This document shows positions 18,322 to 28,571 of a stretch of DNA of 64,000 nucleotides, piece after piece; the first letter of the stretch is position 1, and every line of letters begins with the position of its first letter. The stretch is from Candidatus Latescibacterota bacterium. Its GTDB lineage: Bacteria; Latescibacterota; UBA2968; UBA8231. Location of the stretch: NCBI GenBank assembly GCA_965221775.1, contig CBDCSU010000004.1:320001-384000 (forward strand), in the 5' to 3' direction. Made by a program: the position numbers and the translations under genes. Below the pieces are notes generated by a model. The model was not told the DNA's origin and did not search any database. It saw only the letters and a program-made list of their open reading frames with translations.

Positions 18322-19386
18322 GTGTCCGAGGCTTCCCGCGCTGATCGGGGACAGTCGGAGCTTCGCTACGCCGCCGCCGCCTGCCAGGTCGATCAGCCCA
18401 ACCCGGTGGACCGCGCAGGCATCGCGGCCAACACCGCCCGCATGCTCGAGATGATCGACATGGCGGTGGAGGGCTACAGCCCCTTCTGGGACATTCGCCT
18501 CCTCGCCTTTCCCGAGTTCGCCCACGCCGCCCCCATCTATCCCACGGCCCGCGCCCTGCACCGGCAACTCGCCCTTCCGATCCCCAACGAGCACACCGAG
18601 CGTTACCTGGCCAAGGCGCAGGAGCTCGGGGTCTACATCCAGACCGGGTCCTTTCTCGAGGAGGACGACCGCTGGCCCGGCAAGGTCTTCAACACGACCT
18701 GCCTCGTGGGGCCCGAGGGTCTGCTGCTGAAGTACCGCAAGGTGAACCCCTGGCTCCCCTGGGAGGTGCACACGAGCCCCCACGATCTGGAGGGATACGA
18801 GGAGGAGCTCTTTCCGGTGGCCCGGACCCCGATCGGCAACATCGGGGTCGCCATCTGCTACGACTGGCTCTTTCCCGAGCCTCTCCGGCAGCTCACCGCC
18901 AACGGGGCCGAGGTCCTGATCCGCGTCTCCGCCTACATGGATCCATGGGGGGCCACCGCGCCCATGGACTGGTGGACCACGGTCAACCGCTGCCGGGCCC
19001 TGGAGAACACCGCTTTCGTGGTCGCCGCCAACCAGGGGGCTTCGCTCTCCCACTACCCTCCCTTCTCCTGGCCGGGGGGGAGCATGGTCGTCGACTACGA
19101 TGGCCGGATCCTGGCTCAGGCCGACCCGGGCCCGGGGGAGAAGATCGTCGTCGCTCCCATCGATGTCGGAACCCTCCGCCACGAGCGCAACCGGCGGCGG
19201 GGACACGACATGCTCGCCCAGCTGCGGACCGAGGCCTACCCGATCTATCGGGAGTCGGTCTATCCCCCCGGGCGGCGCAGCGCTTCGGGAAACCAGACCA
19301 CGGCGGCCAACGAAGAGGGCATCGAGCAGGCCAGGCGGCGCCTCTCCGATCTCGGAGCCCGGGCACCCGGAGACCCGGCGGAGTAG
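18322..19386 (+). CDS. Nitrilase-related carbon-nitrogen hydrolase
   Basis: E-K-C triad: FPEF, YRKV, ICYDW.FPE; RALEN. Confidence 0.92.
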   Translation: MSEASRADRGQSELRYAAAACQVDQPNPVDRAGIAANTARMLEMIDMAVEGYSPFWDIRLLAFPEFAHAAPIYPTARALHRQLALPIPNEHTERYLAKAQELGVYIQTGSFLEEDDRWPGKVFNTTCLVGPEGLLLKYRKVNPWLPWEVHTSPHDLEGYEEELFPVARTPIGNIGVAICYDWLFPEPLRQLTANGAEVLIRVSAYMDPWGATAPMDWWTTVNRCRALENTAFVVAANQGASLSHYPPFSWPGGSMVVDYDGRILAQADPGPGEKIVVAPIDVGTLRHERNRRRGHDMLAQLRTEAYPIYRESVYPPGRRSASGNQTTAANEEGIEQARRRLSDLGARAPGDPAE

Positions 19387-19515
19387 GGGGGCGCCTCCCC
19401 GGGCATTGGCCGCGGCTCCGTATGCCTTGCCGGTTCCCCCCGGTCGCCGGAAGCCGGCGACGCCCGTGACGGCGAGACCGTCAGGCCGGGGATTCTCCAA
19501 GAAACCCTCGGCGCC

Positions 19516-20238
19516 GTGGTGAAGCGGTACTCCCGGAAGCAGGTCGCCCGTACCCTGGCCAAGTACGATCTCGACGAGGTGGAGGTCGTGCTCCGCCCGG
19601 ATCTCCGCCTGCGGATGCTGCAGGCCGCCGACGCCTATGCCCTCCTCGACGACCTGATCGACCGCGACGCCGGGGACTGGCGCTCGACGCGGTTCCCTTA
19701 CTGGGCCGAGACCTGGCCCTCGGCGGTGGGGCTCGCGCGCTGGTTCGCCGGGCCGGATGCACCGGCCGCCGACCTCGGCTGCGAGCTGGGTTGCGGTACC
19801 GGCCTCGTGGGCGTGTCCCTGGCGCGGATGGGGTGGCGGATTCGAGCCACCGACTACGTGGAGGACGCTCTCCTCTTCGCCACTCACAACGCGAGCCTGA
19901 ACGGCGCCGGCGCCCGGCACAGTGTCTCCTACCTGGACTGGCGCCACCCCGTGGGGGCTCCCTGGCCATGGCTGGTGGGCTCCGACCTGGCCTACGAGAA
20001 GGGCGTCCATCCCCAACTCGAACGGACGGTCCGCGCTCTGCTCGAACCCGGTGGACGACTGGTCCTCAGCGATCCCGGGCGTCCTGCGGCCCGGCCTTTC
20101 TTCTCAGCCCTGGAGTGCGCCGGGTTCCGGCACCGGGTCGAGTCGATGGAGGTGGACTGGAAGGGGGTGGCGCAGACGATCGACATCCACCTCTTCGTCC
20201 GGCCGCCGGAGGGGGGATCTCAGCCGCACAGAACCTGA
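19516..20238 (+). CDS. Class I SAM methyltransferase (METTL21/Methyltransf_16-like)
   Basis: PYWAETWPSA..LA, ELGCGTGL.G, ATDY, LDW, GSDLAYE. Confidence 0.85.
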   Translation: MVKRYSRKQVARTLAKYDLDEVEVVLRPDLRLRMLQAADAYALLDDLIDRDAGDWRSTRFPYWAETWPSAVGLARWFAGPDAPAADLGCELGCGTGLVGVSLARMGWRIRATDYVEDALLFATHNASLNGAGARHSVSYLDWRHPVGAPWPWLVGSDLAYEKGVHPQLERTVRALLEPGGRLVLSDPGRPAARPFFSALECAGFRHRVESMEVDWKGVAQTIDIHLFVRPPEGGSQPHRT

Positions 20239-21155
20239 AGGTGGGCGACCACCGAGGCGGCGGTCGCTTCCAGGTCATACCCCCCTTCGAGCAGACTCAC
20301 GAGACGGCCCTGGCACAGGTCCCGGGCCAGGGAGACGCACTCCTCCGTGAGCCCCGCGAAGCCCTCCCGGGTCATCCGCATCCCCCCAAGGGGGTCGGAG
20401 GCGTGGGCGTCGAATCCCGCCGACAGGAGCAGGAAGCCCGGCTCGAAGCGCTCCAGGGCCGGGCGCAGCCGCTCCCGGAAGATGCGCCGGTACTCACGGT
20501 CTCCGGCGCCGGCCGGCAGGGGCACGTTCAGCGTGGTTCCGGCCCCCGCGCCGGCCCCGGTCTCCTCGACATGGCCGGTGAAGGGGTAGTGATTCTGCTG
20601 ATGGACGCTGAAGTAGAGCACGGATCCGTCTTCGTAAAAGCTGTTCTGAGTGCCGTTGCCGTGATGCACGTCCCAGTCGACGATGGCGACACGGTCGACC
20701 CCGTGCCGGGCGCGGAGGTGGCGGGCGGCGACGCCGACGTGGTTGAAGAAGCAGAAGCCCATGGCCTGGTCCCGCTCCGCGTGGTGTCCGGGAGGCCGGT
20801 GCAGGCAGAAGGCGTTGGCGGCGGCGCCGGAGGCGACGGCATCGACCGCGGCGAGGCTCGCGCCGCTGGCCAGCAGGGCCGCATCGAAAGTCGAGGGACC
20901 GATGACGGTGTCGGGGGTGGTGGCGAGAAGGCGTCCGGAGCCGGAGACCCGACGGACGAACTCCACGTAGTCCGGGCTGTGATTTGCCATCACGGCCTCG
21001 ATCGGAGCCGGGTCCGGCCGAAAGCGGGTCAGCCCCCGCAGAGGGACCGTCTCCAGCTCCTCCAGGACCGCCTCCAGCCTTTCGCGACGCTCCGGATGGC
21101 CAACGCCCATCTCGTGGTCGAGACAGCCCTCGTGGGTGACCAGGAGGGTTGCCAC
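20220..21155 (-). CDS. Histone deacetylase family (Zn-dependent) protein
   Basis: HPE...RL, RPPGHHA, GFCFFN, DWDVHHGNGT, SAGFDAH..DPLG, LEGGY. Confidence 0.95.
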   Translation of the reverse strand: MATLLVTHEGCLDHEMGVGHPERRERLEAVLEELETVPLRGLTRFRPDPAPIEAVMANHSPDYVEFVRRVSGSGRLLATTPDTVIGPSTFDAALLASGASLAAVDAVASGAAANAFCLHRPPGHHAERDQAMGFCFFNHVGVAARHLRARHGVDRVAIVDWDVHHGNGTQNSFYEDGSVLYFSVHQQNHYPFTGHVEETGAGAGAGTTLNVPLPAGAGDREYRRIFRERLRPALERFEPGFLLLSAGFDAHASDPLGGMRMTREGFAGLTEECVSLARDLCQGRLVSLLEGGYDLEATAASVVAHLQVLCG

Positions 21156-21156
21156 T

Positions 21157-21630
21157 TCAACCGGCCCCGGCCAGGCGGATCGCCTCGGACCCGAGGACGC
21201 GGATGTCCTCGGCGATCTCCGGTCCCTGCAGATCGGCGGTGGTGCACCAGCGGAAGCGACCCGCCTCGCGCCGGTCGATGCGGGGCTCGGCGTCATCCGC
21301 GGTCCGGGCGACGTATATCAGATCGATGTGCTGGTGACCCGGCTCGATGTCCTCCAGGAGGATGCACCAGGGCGAGTGCAGGACCTGCACCGACCCAAGC
21401 ACCCCGGCGGAGCGGCCCGTGTCCACCAGCTCGACGGTGAGCCCGCACTCCTCGAGGACTTCACGGAGAGCCGCCGCCTCGGGCAACTCCCCGGAATCGA
21501 TGTGGCCTCCCGGCGGAAGCCAGGCACCCATCTTGTTGTGCCACAGCAAGAGGGTTCGCTCCCCCCGGACCACGAAGGTCGTGGCCGTGAAGTCTCTCGT
21601 GAGTTCGTCCGCAAGAGAAGAGAGTGGCAA
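21157..21630 (-). CDS. NUDIX hydrolase
   Basis: WLPPGGHIDSGELPEAAALREVLEECGL Nudix box, HQHIDLIY. Confidence 0.9.
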   Translation of the reverse strand: MPLSSLADELTRDFTATTFVVRGERTLLLWHNKMGAWLPPGGHIDSGELPEAAALREVLEECGLTVELVDTGRSAGVLGSVQVLHSPWCILLEDIEPGHQHIDLIYVARTADDAEPRIDRREAGRFRWCTTADLQGPEIAEDIRVLGSEAIRLAGAG

Positions 21631-21822
21631 GGGATTTCCGTTGGTGAGGGATGCGGTGCCGGAATCTATTGGAGGCGGGGGCGAGGGCAACCTCCGGGGG
21701 CGGCGGCCGGCAGCCACCCGCCCCCTCGGGAACTCGGCCGGCTTCCGAAGGGTGGGCGCCTCGCCTATTTTCCTCTGCAAGAGCATCCCTCGAGACGACA
21801 GCAAAGACGGGGACGGCAGCCC

Positions 21823-23058
21823 ATGGCAACGGAAGTGGTCATGCCCAAGCTGGGCCTGACGATGGAGCGAGGCATAATCGGCAGTTGGCTCAAAGGGGTC
21901 GGCGATCCAGTGGAACGCGGGGAGCCGCTCCTCGAGGTGGTCACCGACAAGGTGACGATGGAGGTCGAGGCGCAGGCCTCCGGCGTGCTGCGGCGTATCC
22001 TCGTGGCCGCCGGCGAGGAGGTGGAGGTAGCGACGCCGATCGGCTTGATCGCGTCCCCCGAGGAGGATCTCTCCGCTTTCGATGCCGCCCCGGAGCCCAC
22101 GGCGGCCGCACCCCGGCCCGACCCGCCCCCGGAGCCGCTGCCGGCGGCTGCCTCCGAGAGCCCCGCCCCCCCACCGGAACGGGCGGCCCCCGAGGGTGGT
22201 CGCGTTCCACTCGCCTCCGGGGATGGCGGACGCCCGCACCGCGCTTCTCCCAAGGCTCGTAGACTCGCTGCCGAGAGGGGGATCGACCTGACAGCGGTCA
22301 TCGGCAGCGGCCCCGGCGGGCGCGTCGTGAGCGCCGACGTCGAGGCCTGCCGTCCGGAGACGGCGGCGCCCTCTCCGGCCCCGCCGGGGGCGGAGTCGGT
22401 AGAGCTGACCCCGGCCCAGAGAGTCGCCGCCGAGCGTCTCACCGCCAGTTACCAGCAGGCCCCTCACATCTACCTGGAAATGCAGGTCTCCGCCCACTGG
22501 CTCGAGAGGTTGCGGCGCGGCTATCAGGCGGAGGGACGAAGGATCTCCTACAACGACCTGATCCTCAAGGCCGTCGCGACCGCCCTCGTCGAGCACCCGC
22601 GGCTCAACGCCCACTTCGTCGATGGACGCCTGCTGCAGCAGACCGGCGTCGATCTCGGGATCGCCACCGACACCGGGTCCGGCCTGCTGGTCCCGGTGCT
22701 GCGCGGGGCCCAGGACCTAGACATCGGCCAGGTCGCCGCCGAGACCCGGCGCCTCACCGAGGCCGCCCGCCAGGGCAAGATCGGCCTGGACGACCTGCAG
22801 GGCGGTGGTTTCACCGTCTCCAATCTGGGCATGTTCGGTCTCTCGCGGTTCACGGCCATCATCAACCCCCCCCAGGTGGCCATCCTGGCGGTGGGCGCCA
22901 TCGAGCCGCGGGTGGTCGCGGTGGAAGGGGAGGCCATGGCCGTTCGTCCGGCCATGAGCCTCACACTCTCGGCCGATCACCGAGCCGTGGACGGGGCCGC
23001 CGCCGCCCGCTTCCTGCAGCGCCTCCGCGAGCTCCTCGAGTCCCCCGGCTCGCCTTGA
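21823..23058 (+). CDS. Dihydrolipoamide acyltransferase (E2) family protein
   Basis: Lipoyl domain TDKV, Pro/Ala linker, ASPKARRLA E3-binding domain, SNLGMFG, DHRAVDG. Confidence 0.95.
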   Translation: MATEVVMPKLGLTMERGIIGSWLKGVGDPVERGEPLLEVVTDKVTMEVEAQASGVLRRILVAAGEEVEVATPIGLIASPEEDLSAFDAAPEPTAAAPRPDPPPEPLPAAASESPAPPPERAAPEGGRVPLASGDGGRPHRASPKARRLAAERGIDLTAVIGSGPGGRVVSADVEACRPETAAPSPAPPGAESVELTPAQRVAAERLTASYQQAPHIYLEMQVSAHWLERLRRGYQAEGRRISYNDLILKAVATALVEHPRLNAHFVDGRLLQQTGVDLGIATDTGSGLLVPVLRGAQDLDIGQVAAETRRLTEAARQGKIGLDDLQGGGFTVSNLGMFGLSRFTAIINPPQVAILAVGAIEPRVVAVEGEAMAVRPAMSLTLSADHRAVDGAAAARFLQRLRELLESPGSP

Positions 23059-23083
23059 CCCGGACAGGGGTGCCCGTTATCTT
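23055..23083 (+). promoter_or_regulatory. Sigma-70-type promoter for ftsH
   Basis: TTGACC-17 bp-TATCTT. Confidence 0.6.
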
Positions 23084-23153
23084 CGCCCTAAAGGCCATAA
23101 CTCATTCTTTTCCAATACGTTAGGCGCACCCTCCGCCTGCGGCCTCCGGACTG

Positions 23154-25112
23154 ATGCAACTCGATCGAAAGACCCAGCTGACCATCGCCTACGCGATTCT
23201 CGCCGTCCTCCTGCTTCTGGTCATGCAGTCCTACCTGGAGGGCCAGGTCGACACCGTGAAGTACAGCGAGTTCCGCCAGTGGCTCGTGGACGGCCGCATC
23301 GTGGAGTGTTCGGTCGGAAAGGACGAGATCAGCGGCATGTACCTCTCCGGCGTCGGAGACCAGGCCCGCGGATTCACCGTGACCAAGGTCGACGACCCCG
23401 ACCTGGTGAAGCTCCTGCAGGAGCATGTGCCCGACTATTCCGGCAAGCGCGAGTCGGCGCTGGTCAGTTCCCTCCTCGGGTGGGTCCTGCCGCTCATGTT
23501 CTTCGTCGCCATCTGGATGTTCATGGCCCGGCGCCTCGGGGGCGGCTCCGGCGGCCTCATGTCGATCGGGAAGAGCAAGGCCAAGGTCTACATGGAGAAG
23601 GGCACGGGGATCACCTTCGCCGATGTGGCCGGTATCGACGAGGCCAAGGAGGAGCTTCAGGAGGTCGTCGAGTTCCTCCGTACACCCGAGCGCTTCCAGG
23701 CCCTGGGCGGGAAGATCCCCCGGGGGGTGCTGCTCGTGGGATCTCCCGGGACCGGCAAGACCCTGCTGGCCAAGGCGGTGGCCGGCGAGGCCGGCGTGCC
23801 CTTCTTCTCCATCAGCGGCTCCGACTTCGTGGAGATGTTCGTCGGTGTCGGCGCCGCCCGGGTCCGGGACCTCTTCGAGCAGGCCACCAAGCACGCTCCT
23901 GCCATCATCTTCATCGACGAGCTCGACGCCCTCGGCAAGGCCCGCGGCGTCGGCTCCATGGGCGGCCACGACGAGCGCGAGCAAACCCTCAACCAGCTGC
24001 TCACCGAGCTCGACGGCTTCGACACGAATGCCGGCATCATCCTGATGGCGGCGACCAATCGGCCCGAGATCCTCGACCCCGCCCTGCTGCGCCCCGGGCG
24101 CTTCGACCGCACCGTCACCGTCGACCGCCCCGACGTGGGCGGCCGGGAGGCGGTCCTGCGGATCCACGCCCGGGAGGTGAAGCTGGCCGCGGATGTCGAT
24201 CTCCATCGGCTGGCGGTGCGCACGCCCGGGTTCGCGGGCGCCGACCTGGCCAACGTGATCAACGAGGCCGCCCTGCTGGCGGCGCGGCGCAACAAGGAAG
24301 CGATCACGATGGAGGAGTTGTCCGAGGCCGTGGAGCGGGCCGTGGCCGGGCTGGAGAGAAAGAGCCGCGTCCTCAACGAGAAGGAGCGCCGCATCGTCGC
24401 CTATCACGAGGCCGGCCACGCCATCGTCGGCGAGCTCGTGGACGAGGCGAATCCGGTGCAGAAGATCTCCATCATCCCGCGGGGAGTGGCGGCCCTCGGG
24501 TACACCCTCAACTCTCCGGCCGAGGACCGCTACCTGGCGACCAGGGACGAGCTGAAGGCCCAGATCTGCGGACTCCTGGGAGGGCGCGCGGCGGAGGAGA
24601 TCGTCTTCGGCGAGATATCCACTGGCGCATCCGGGGACCTGGCCCGGGCCACCCAGATCGCCGAGAGCATGGTCAAGGAGTACGGCATGAGCCGGACCCT
24701 CGGCCTGGCGGCGCACCGGGAGGAACGCCATCCGAACCAGGTCCTCGGCATGCCCGTCAACGACCGCAACTACAGCGAGGAGACGGCGCGCCGGATCGAC
24801 GAGGAGGTCACGGCGATCCTCGACGGCGGCTACGGGAGGGCCAAGGACATCCTGGAGGACCACCGGGAGACGCTCGAGCGCGTCGTGAAGGTGCTCTTCG
24901 AGCGGGAGACCATGGAGGGGACCGAGCTCCGGAAGATGCTCGGAAAACCGGAGGTCGGGGAAGGGAAGGCGGAACAGGACCCGGCCCCGGCCGCCGGGAA
25001 CGACGCCGGCGACACAGCGTCCATCAGCGGGGCGCCGCTGCCCGCGCCTTCACGGGCCCCGGCCACCGAGGGCCCTCCGCCAGGCCCGGTCTCGCCGGAA
25101 GGCGGAGCCTGA
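23154..25112 (+). CDS. ftsH: ATP-dependent zinc metalloprotease FtsH
   Basis: Two TMs, [39 protein letters not shown]. Confidence 0.97.
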   Translation: MQLDRKTQLTIAYAILAVLLLLVMQSYLEGQVDTVKYSEFRQWLVDGRIVECSVGKDEISGMYLSGVGDQARGFTVTKVDDPDLVKLLQEHVPDYSGKRESALVSSLLGWVLPLMFFVAIWMFMARRLGGGSGGLMSIGKSKAKVYMEKGTGITFADVAGIDEAKEELQEVVEFLRTPERFQALGGKIPRGVLLVGSPGTGKTLLAKAVAGEAGVPFFSISGSDFVEMFVGVGAARVRDLFEQATKHAPAIIFIDELDALGKARGVGSMGGHDEREQTLNQLLTELDGFDTNAGIILMAATNRPEILDPALLRPGRFDRTVTVDRPDVGGREAVLRIHAREVKLAADVDLHRLAVRTPGFAGADLANVINEAALLAARRNKEAITMEELSEAVERAVAGLERKSRVLNEKERRIVAYHEAGHAIVGELVDEANPVQKISIIPRGVAALGYTLNSPAEDRYLATRDELKAQICGLLGGRAAEEIVFGEISTGASGDLARATQIAESMVKEYGMSRTLGLAAHREERHPNQVLGMPVNDRNYSEETARRIDEEVTAILDGGYGRAKDILEDHRETLERVVKVLFERETMEGTELRKMLGKPEVGEGKAEQDPAPAAGNDAGDTASISGAPLPAPSRAPATEGPPPGPVSPEGGA

Positions 25113-25154
25113 GCCCTCGCTGTCGGGCGGTCTCCGCCGACAGCGGACAGCGCC

Positions 25155-25619
25155 TCACCTCGCCCCGGCAGCGATCACCTCCAGCTCCACCGGGGCCCCC
25201 AGAGGCAGCGACCCGACGCCGACGGCGACCCGGGCGTGGACCCCGGCCTCACCCAGTACGCCGGCCATCAACTCCGAGGCACCGTCGACGACCTGCGCCT
25301 GTCCCTCGAAGCCGTCGGCGCTGGCCACGTACCCGGTCATGCGCACGATTCGAGTCCGGTCGAGATCGTAGCCCTCGGCTGCGAGCACCCCCAGGGCGTT
25401 CAGGGCGCACTGCCGGGCCGCCTCGCGGCCGGCCTCCACCGGCAGGCCGCCGGCGCCGACCACGCCCTGGCGGGTCATGCGCCCGTCGGCCAGGGGCAGC
25501 TGGCCGGAGACGAAGACCAGGCCCGCGGCTTCCACGGCCCGCCTGTAGGCTCCCGCGGGCGCGGGGGGAGAGGGCAGGGTGAGGTCCATCTCTTCCAGTC
25601 GACGGCGGGCGCGGGACAT
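25155..25619 (-). CDS. RidA/YjgF family protein
   Basis: LP.PPAPAGAY, FVSGQLP, DGASEL, HARVAVG..SLP.GAPVELE. Confidence 0.92.
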   Translation of the reverse strand: MSRARRRLEEMDLTLPSPPAPAGAYRRAVEAAGLVFVSGQLPLADGRMTRQGVVGAGGLPVEAGREAARQCALNALGVLAAEGYDLDRTRIVRMTGYVASADGFEGQAQVVDGASELMAGVLGEAGVHARVAVGVGSLPLGAPVELEVIAAGAR

Positions 25620-25757
25620 CCTCGGCCTCCTGTGCGGGGTGGGGTGATGCAAGGCAATATAGCAACCCTCGCCAGTCGGGCGCCGGTACGCTCGACGCGT
25701 TGACCTGCGGACCGGGCCTGGCTTAGGTATGCCGCCCTGGAAGGAGTGACAGGACTC

Positions 25758-26522
25758 ATGTGCGCATCCGTCATCGGAGCTCAGCTCTACACCGTTCGGG
25801 ATTTCCTCAAGACCCCGGCCGAGATCCGCGACAGCTTCCGGCGAGTCGCCGAGATCGGTTACAAGGCCGTGCAGTGCTCGGGTCTCGGACCGATCGATGC
25901 GGCGGAGCTGAGAGCCGTCGCCGACGAAGCGGGCCTGAAGATCGCGGCTACCCACACCGACTTCGACCGCATCCGCCGCGAGCCCGGGGCGGTAATCGAG
26001 GAGCATCGGATCTGGGGTTGCCGCCACGTGGCTATCGGCGGCATGCCGGGGGAGTATCGAAGCGCGGAAGGGTTTGCCCGCTTTGCCGGCGAGGCCTCGG
26101 TGGCGGTGCGGCCGCTGATCGACGCCGGACTCACCTTCAGCTACCACAACCACAGCTTCGAGCTCGAGCGTTTCGGGGACCGCACGGGCCTGCAGATCCT
26201 CGCCGAGGAGAGCGACCCGGAGACGTTCTCCTTCGAGGTCGACACCTACTGGATCCAGCACGGCGGCGGGAATCCGGTCACCTGGCTCGAGCGGCTGAAG
26301 GACCGCATGCACATCGTGCACCTGAAGGACCTGGCCATGAAGGGCACGGAGCAACGCTTCGCCGAGGTGGGGGAGGGCAATCTGGAGTGGCCCGCCATCC
26401 TCGCCGCCTGCCGGTCCGCCGACATCGAGTGGTACCTGATCGAGCAGGACCGCTGCGATGGAGACCCCTTCGACAGCCTCAAGACCAGCCTCGACAACCT
26501 GCGGGCCATGGGACTGAACTAG
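25758..26522 (+). CDS. Sugar phosphate isomerase/epimerase (xylose-isomerase-like TIM barrel)
   Basis: QLYTVRD, YHNHSFE, EVDTYW, HLKD, EVGEG, IEQD. Confidence 0.92.
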   Translation: MCASVIGAQLYTVRDFLKTPAEIRDSFRRVAEIGYKAVQCSGLGPIDAAELRAVADEAGLKIAATHTDFDRIRREPGAVIEEHRIWGCRHVAIGGMPGEYRSAEGFARFAGEASVAVRPLIDAGLTFSYHNHSFELERFGDRTGLQILAEESDPETFSFEVDTYWIQHGGGNPVTWLERLKDRMHIVHLKDLAMKGTEQRFAEVGEGNLEWPAILAACRSADIEWYLIEQDRCDGDPFDSLKTSLDNLRAMGLN

Positions 26523-26525
26523 CCG

Positions 26526-27767
26526 ATGAGCACGCTCGAGAAGCCATGGAGAGCGGATCCGGCCAGAGGGGCCGCGTCCACCGTGTTGCAGGTCCCCTGG
26601 GCGGCCTGGTACCGCAAGGAGCCTCTGAGTCTCCGCTTTCCGGAGGGCTGGGAGGTTACGGTTCGGCGGATGCGCGGGGGACCGGACATCGGCGATGCCG
26701 GTATCCGCCAGGCCCTGGCCGAGCCGGTCGGGGCGCTGCCTTTGCGGGAGCACGCCAGGGGCCGGTCCAGCGCCGCGGTTCTGGTGGACGATCTGTCCCG
26801 GCCGACCCCCGCCTTCCGGGTGGTCCCTTACATCCTCGAGGAGCTGCACGCCGCCGGCATCGACGACGACGGCATCACCATCATCTGCGCCCTGGCCGCT
26901 CACCGGCCCATGACCCGGGACGACTTCCTCAAGAAGCTCGGCGCCGACATCGTCGAGCGCTATCGCGTGGTCAACCACAACGCCTACGAGAACCTCGAGT
27001 TCCTCGGGAACACCAGCCTCGGGGTGCCGGTCTTCGTCAACCGCGACCTGATGGCCTGCCAGGTGCGCATCGCGGCGGGCATGATCACGCCTCGCGGCGG
27101 GATGTTCGGCGGCGGCGCCAAGCTGCTGATCCCCGGGGCCTGCGGGCAGCAGACGATTCTGCTCAACCACCGCTACGTCCACGGGGAGGCCTTCCGGCCC
27201 CATCTCGACGAGGTAGCGGGGATGGCCGGCCTCGACTACATCGTCAACCCGCTGCTGAACGAGCGCCTCGAGATCATGGGCCTGGTGGCCGGCGACGTGA
27301 CCGCCGCCTTCGAGCAGGGCTGCCGGTTGGGGGCCGAGCTCTACGGTACTTCCATGCCGGCGGCCGGCACCGTGGACGTCGGCGTCTTCAGCGCCTTCCC
27401 GAAGGACACCGAGCTGTGCCAGGCGGGGCTGGCCCTCGTGCCTCTCGGCAGCTGCCCGCACGACCCGATCGCCGCGGGCGGCACCGTCGTCATCGCCAGT
27501 GCCTGCCCCGAGGGGCTCGGCTGGCACTCCGTCCTCGGCCCGGGGACCGCCCTGCGCGCCCCTCCACAGCCTCCGGCCCACCGCACTCTGGTGTTCTCTC
27601 CGGGAGTGAACCGGTACGACTGCCAGGCCCTGTACGGCGAGCACGTCGGTCTGTTCCGGGAATGGGAGGAGCTCATCGGCCAGTTGGAGGCCATCCACGG
27701 CGGCGGCCCCCGAGTGTCGGTATTCCCCGCCGGGGCCCTGCAGATGGCCGCCACCCGAGACCCATGA
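26526..27767 (+). CDS. LarA (lactate racemase) superfamily protein
   Basis: DDLSRPTP, AAHRPM, NHNA, LGNTSLG.PV.VN, FGGGAKLLIPG, ILLNH, ACPEG.G. Confidence 0.85.
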   Translation: MSTLEKPWRADPARGAASTVLQVPWAAWYRKEPLSLRFPEGWEVTVRRMRGGPDIGDAGIRQALAEPVGALPLREHARGRSSAAVLVDDLSRPTPAFRVVPYILEELHAAGIDDDGITIICALAAHRPMTRDDFLKKLGADIVERYRVVNHNAYENLEFLGNTSLGVPVFVNRDLMACQVRIAAGMITPRGGMFGGGAKLLIPGACGQQTILLNHRYVHGEAFRPHLDEVAGMAGLDYIVNPLLNERLEIMGLVAGDVTAAFEQGCRLGAELYGTSMPAAGTVDVGVFSAFPKDTELCQAGLALVPLGSCPHDPIAAGGTVVIASACPEGLGWHSVLGPGTALRAPPQPPAHRTLVFSPGVNRYDCQALYGEHVGLFREWEELIGQLEAIHGGGPRVSVFPAGALQMAATRDP

Positions 27768-27783
27768 CAACAAGGCGGGAAGC

Positions 27784-28560
27784 GTGCCCCCACTGAAGTC
27801 CTTCGATCTCGATGGCCGGGTGGTGGCCGTCACCGGCGCCGGCCGCGGCATCGGCCGCACCATCGCTCTCGACGCGGTCCGGTCGGGGGCTCGCGTCGCC
27901 GTCGGCAGCCGGACGGTCAGCGAGCTGGAGAGCCTCAAGGAGAGCATCGAGGCCATGGGGGGGGAGTGCTTCGCCCACTTCCTCGACGTGACCGACGTCG
28001 CCTCCATCGAGGCCTTCTTCGAAGCGGTGGACGCCCATTACGAGGGACTCCATGTCCTCGTGAACAACGCCGGCTACAACCAGCTGGGGAAGATCCTCGA
28101 CTACGACGAGGAACTCTACGATCTGATCGTCGATGTCAACCTGAAGAACGTGTTCTTCTGCAGCCAGGCAGCGGCCAGGCGCATGATCGCCCGGGGGATC
28201 CGCGGCAGCATCGTCAACATCTCCTCCCAGGCGGGGGTGGTGGGAGCGCCGGAGCGGGGACCCTACTCGGGCGCCAAGGGCGGGGTGAACAGCCTGACGC
28301 GGACGGCGGCCGCCGAATGGGCCGAGCACGGGATCCGGGTCAATGCCGTGGCCCCCACGGTGACCCGGTCGCCCCTGGCCCAGAGAGCGATGGAGGAGAG
28401 CCAGGCCTTCGCCGACGCCGTGAAGACCAAGAACCTCCTCCGCGGCGACCTGGCCGAGCCGGAGGAGATCTCGGCCCCGGTGATCTTCCTGGCCTCCGAT
28501 GCCGCCAGCATGGTCACCGGCCACGTCCTGGTGGTCGACGGGGGGTGGACCATCGTCTGA
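27784..28560 (+). CDS. SDR family oxidoreductase
   Basis: TGAGRGIG, NNAG, NISS, YSGAK, VDGG. Confidence 0.95.
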   Translation: MPPLKSFDLDGRVVAVTGAGRGIGRTIALDAVRSGARVAVGSRTVSELESLKESIEAMGGECFAHFLDVTDVASIEAFFEAVDAHYEGLHVLVNNAGYNQLGKILDYDEELYDLIVDVNLKNVFFCSQAAARRMIARGIRGSIVNISSQAGVVGAPERGPYSGAKGGVNSLTRTAAAEWAEHGIRVNAVAPTVTRSPLAQRAMEESQAFADAVKTKNLLRGDLAEPEEISAPVIFLASDAASMVTGHVLVVDGGWTIV

Positions 28561-28571
28561 CGGCGGGGCCG

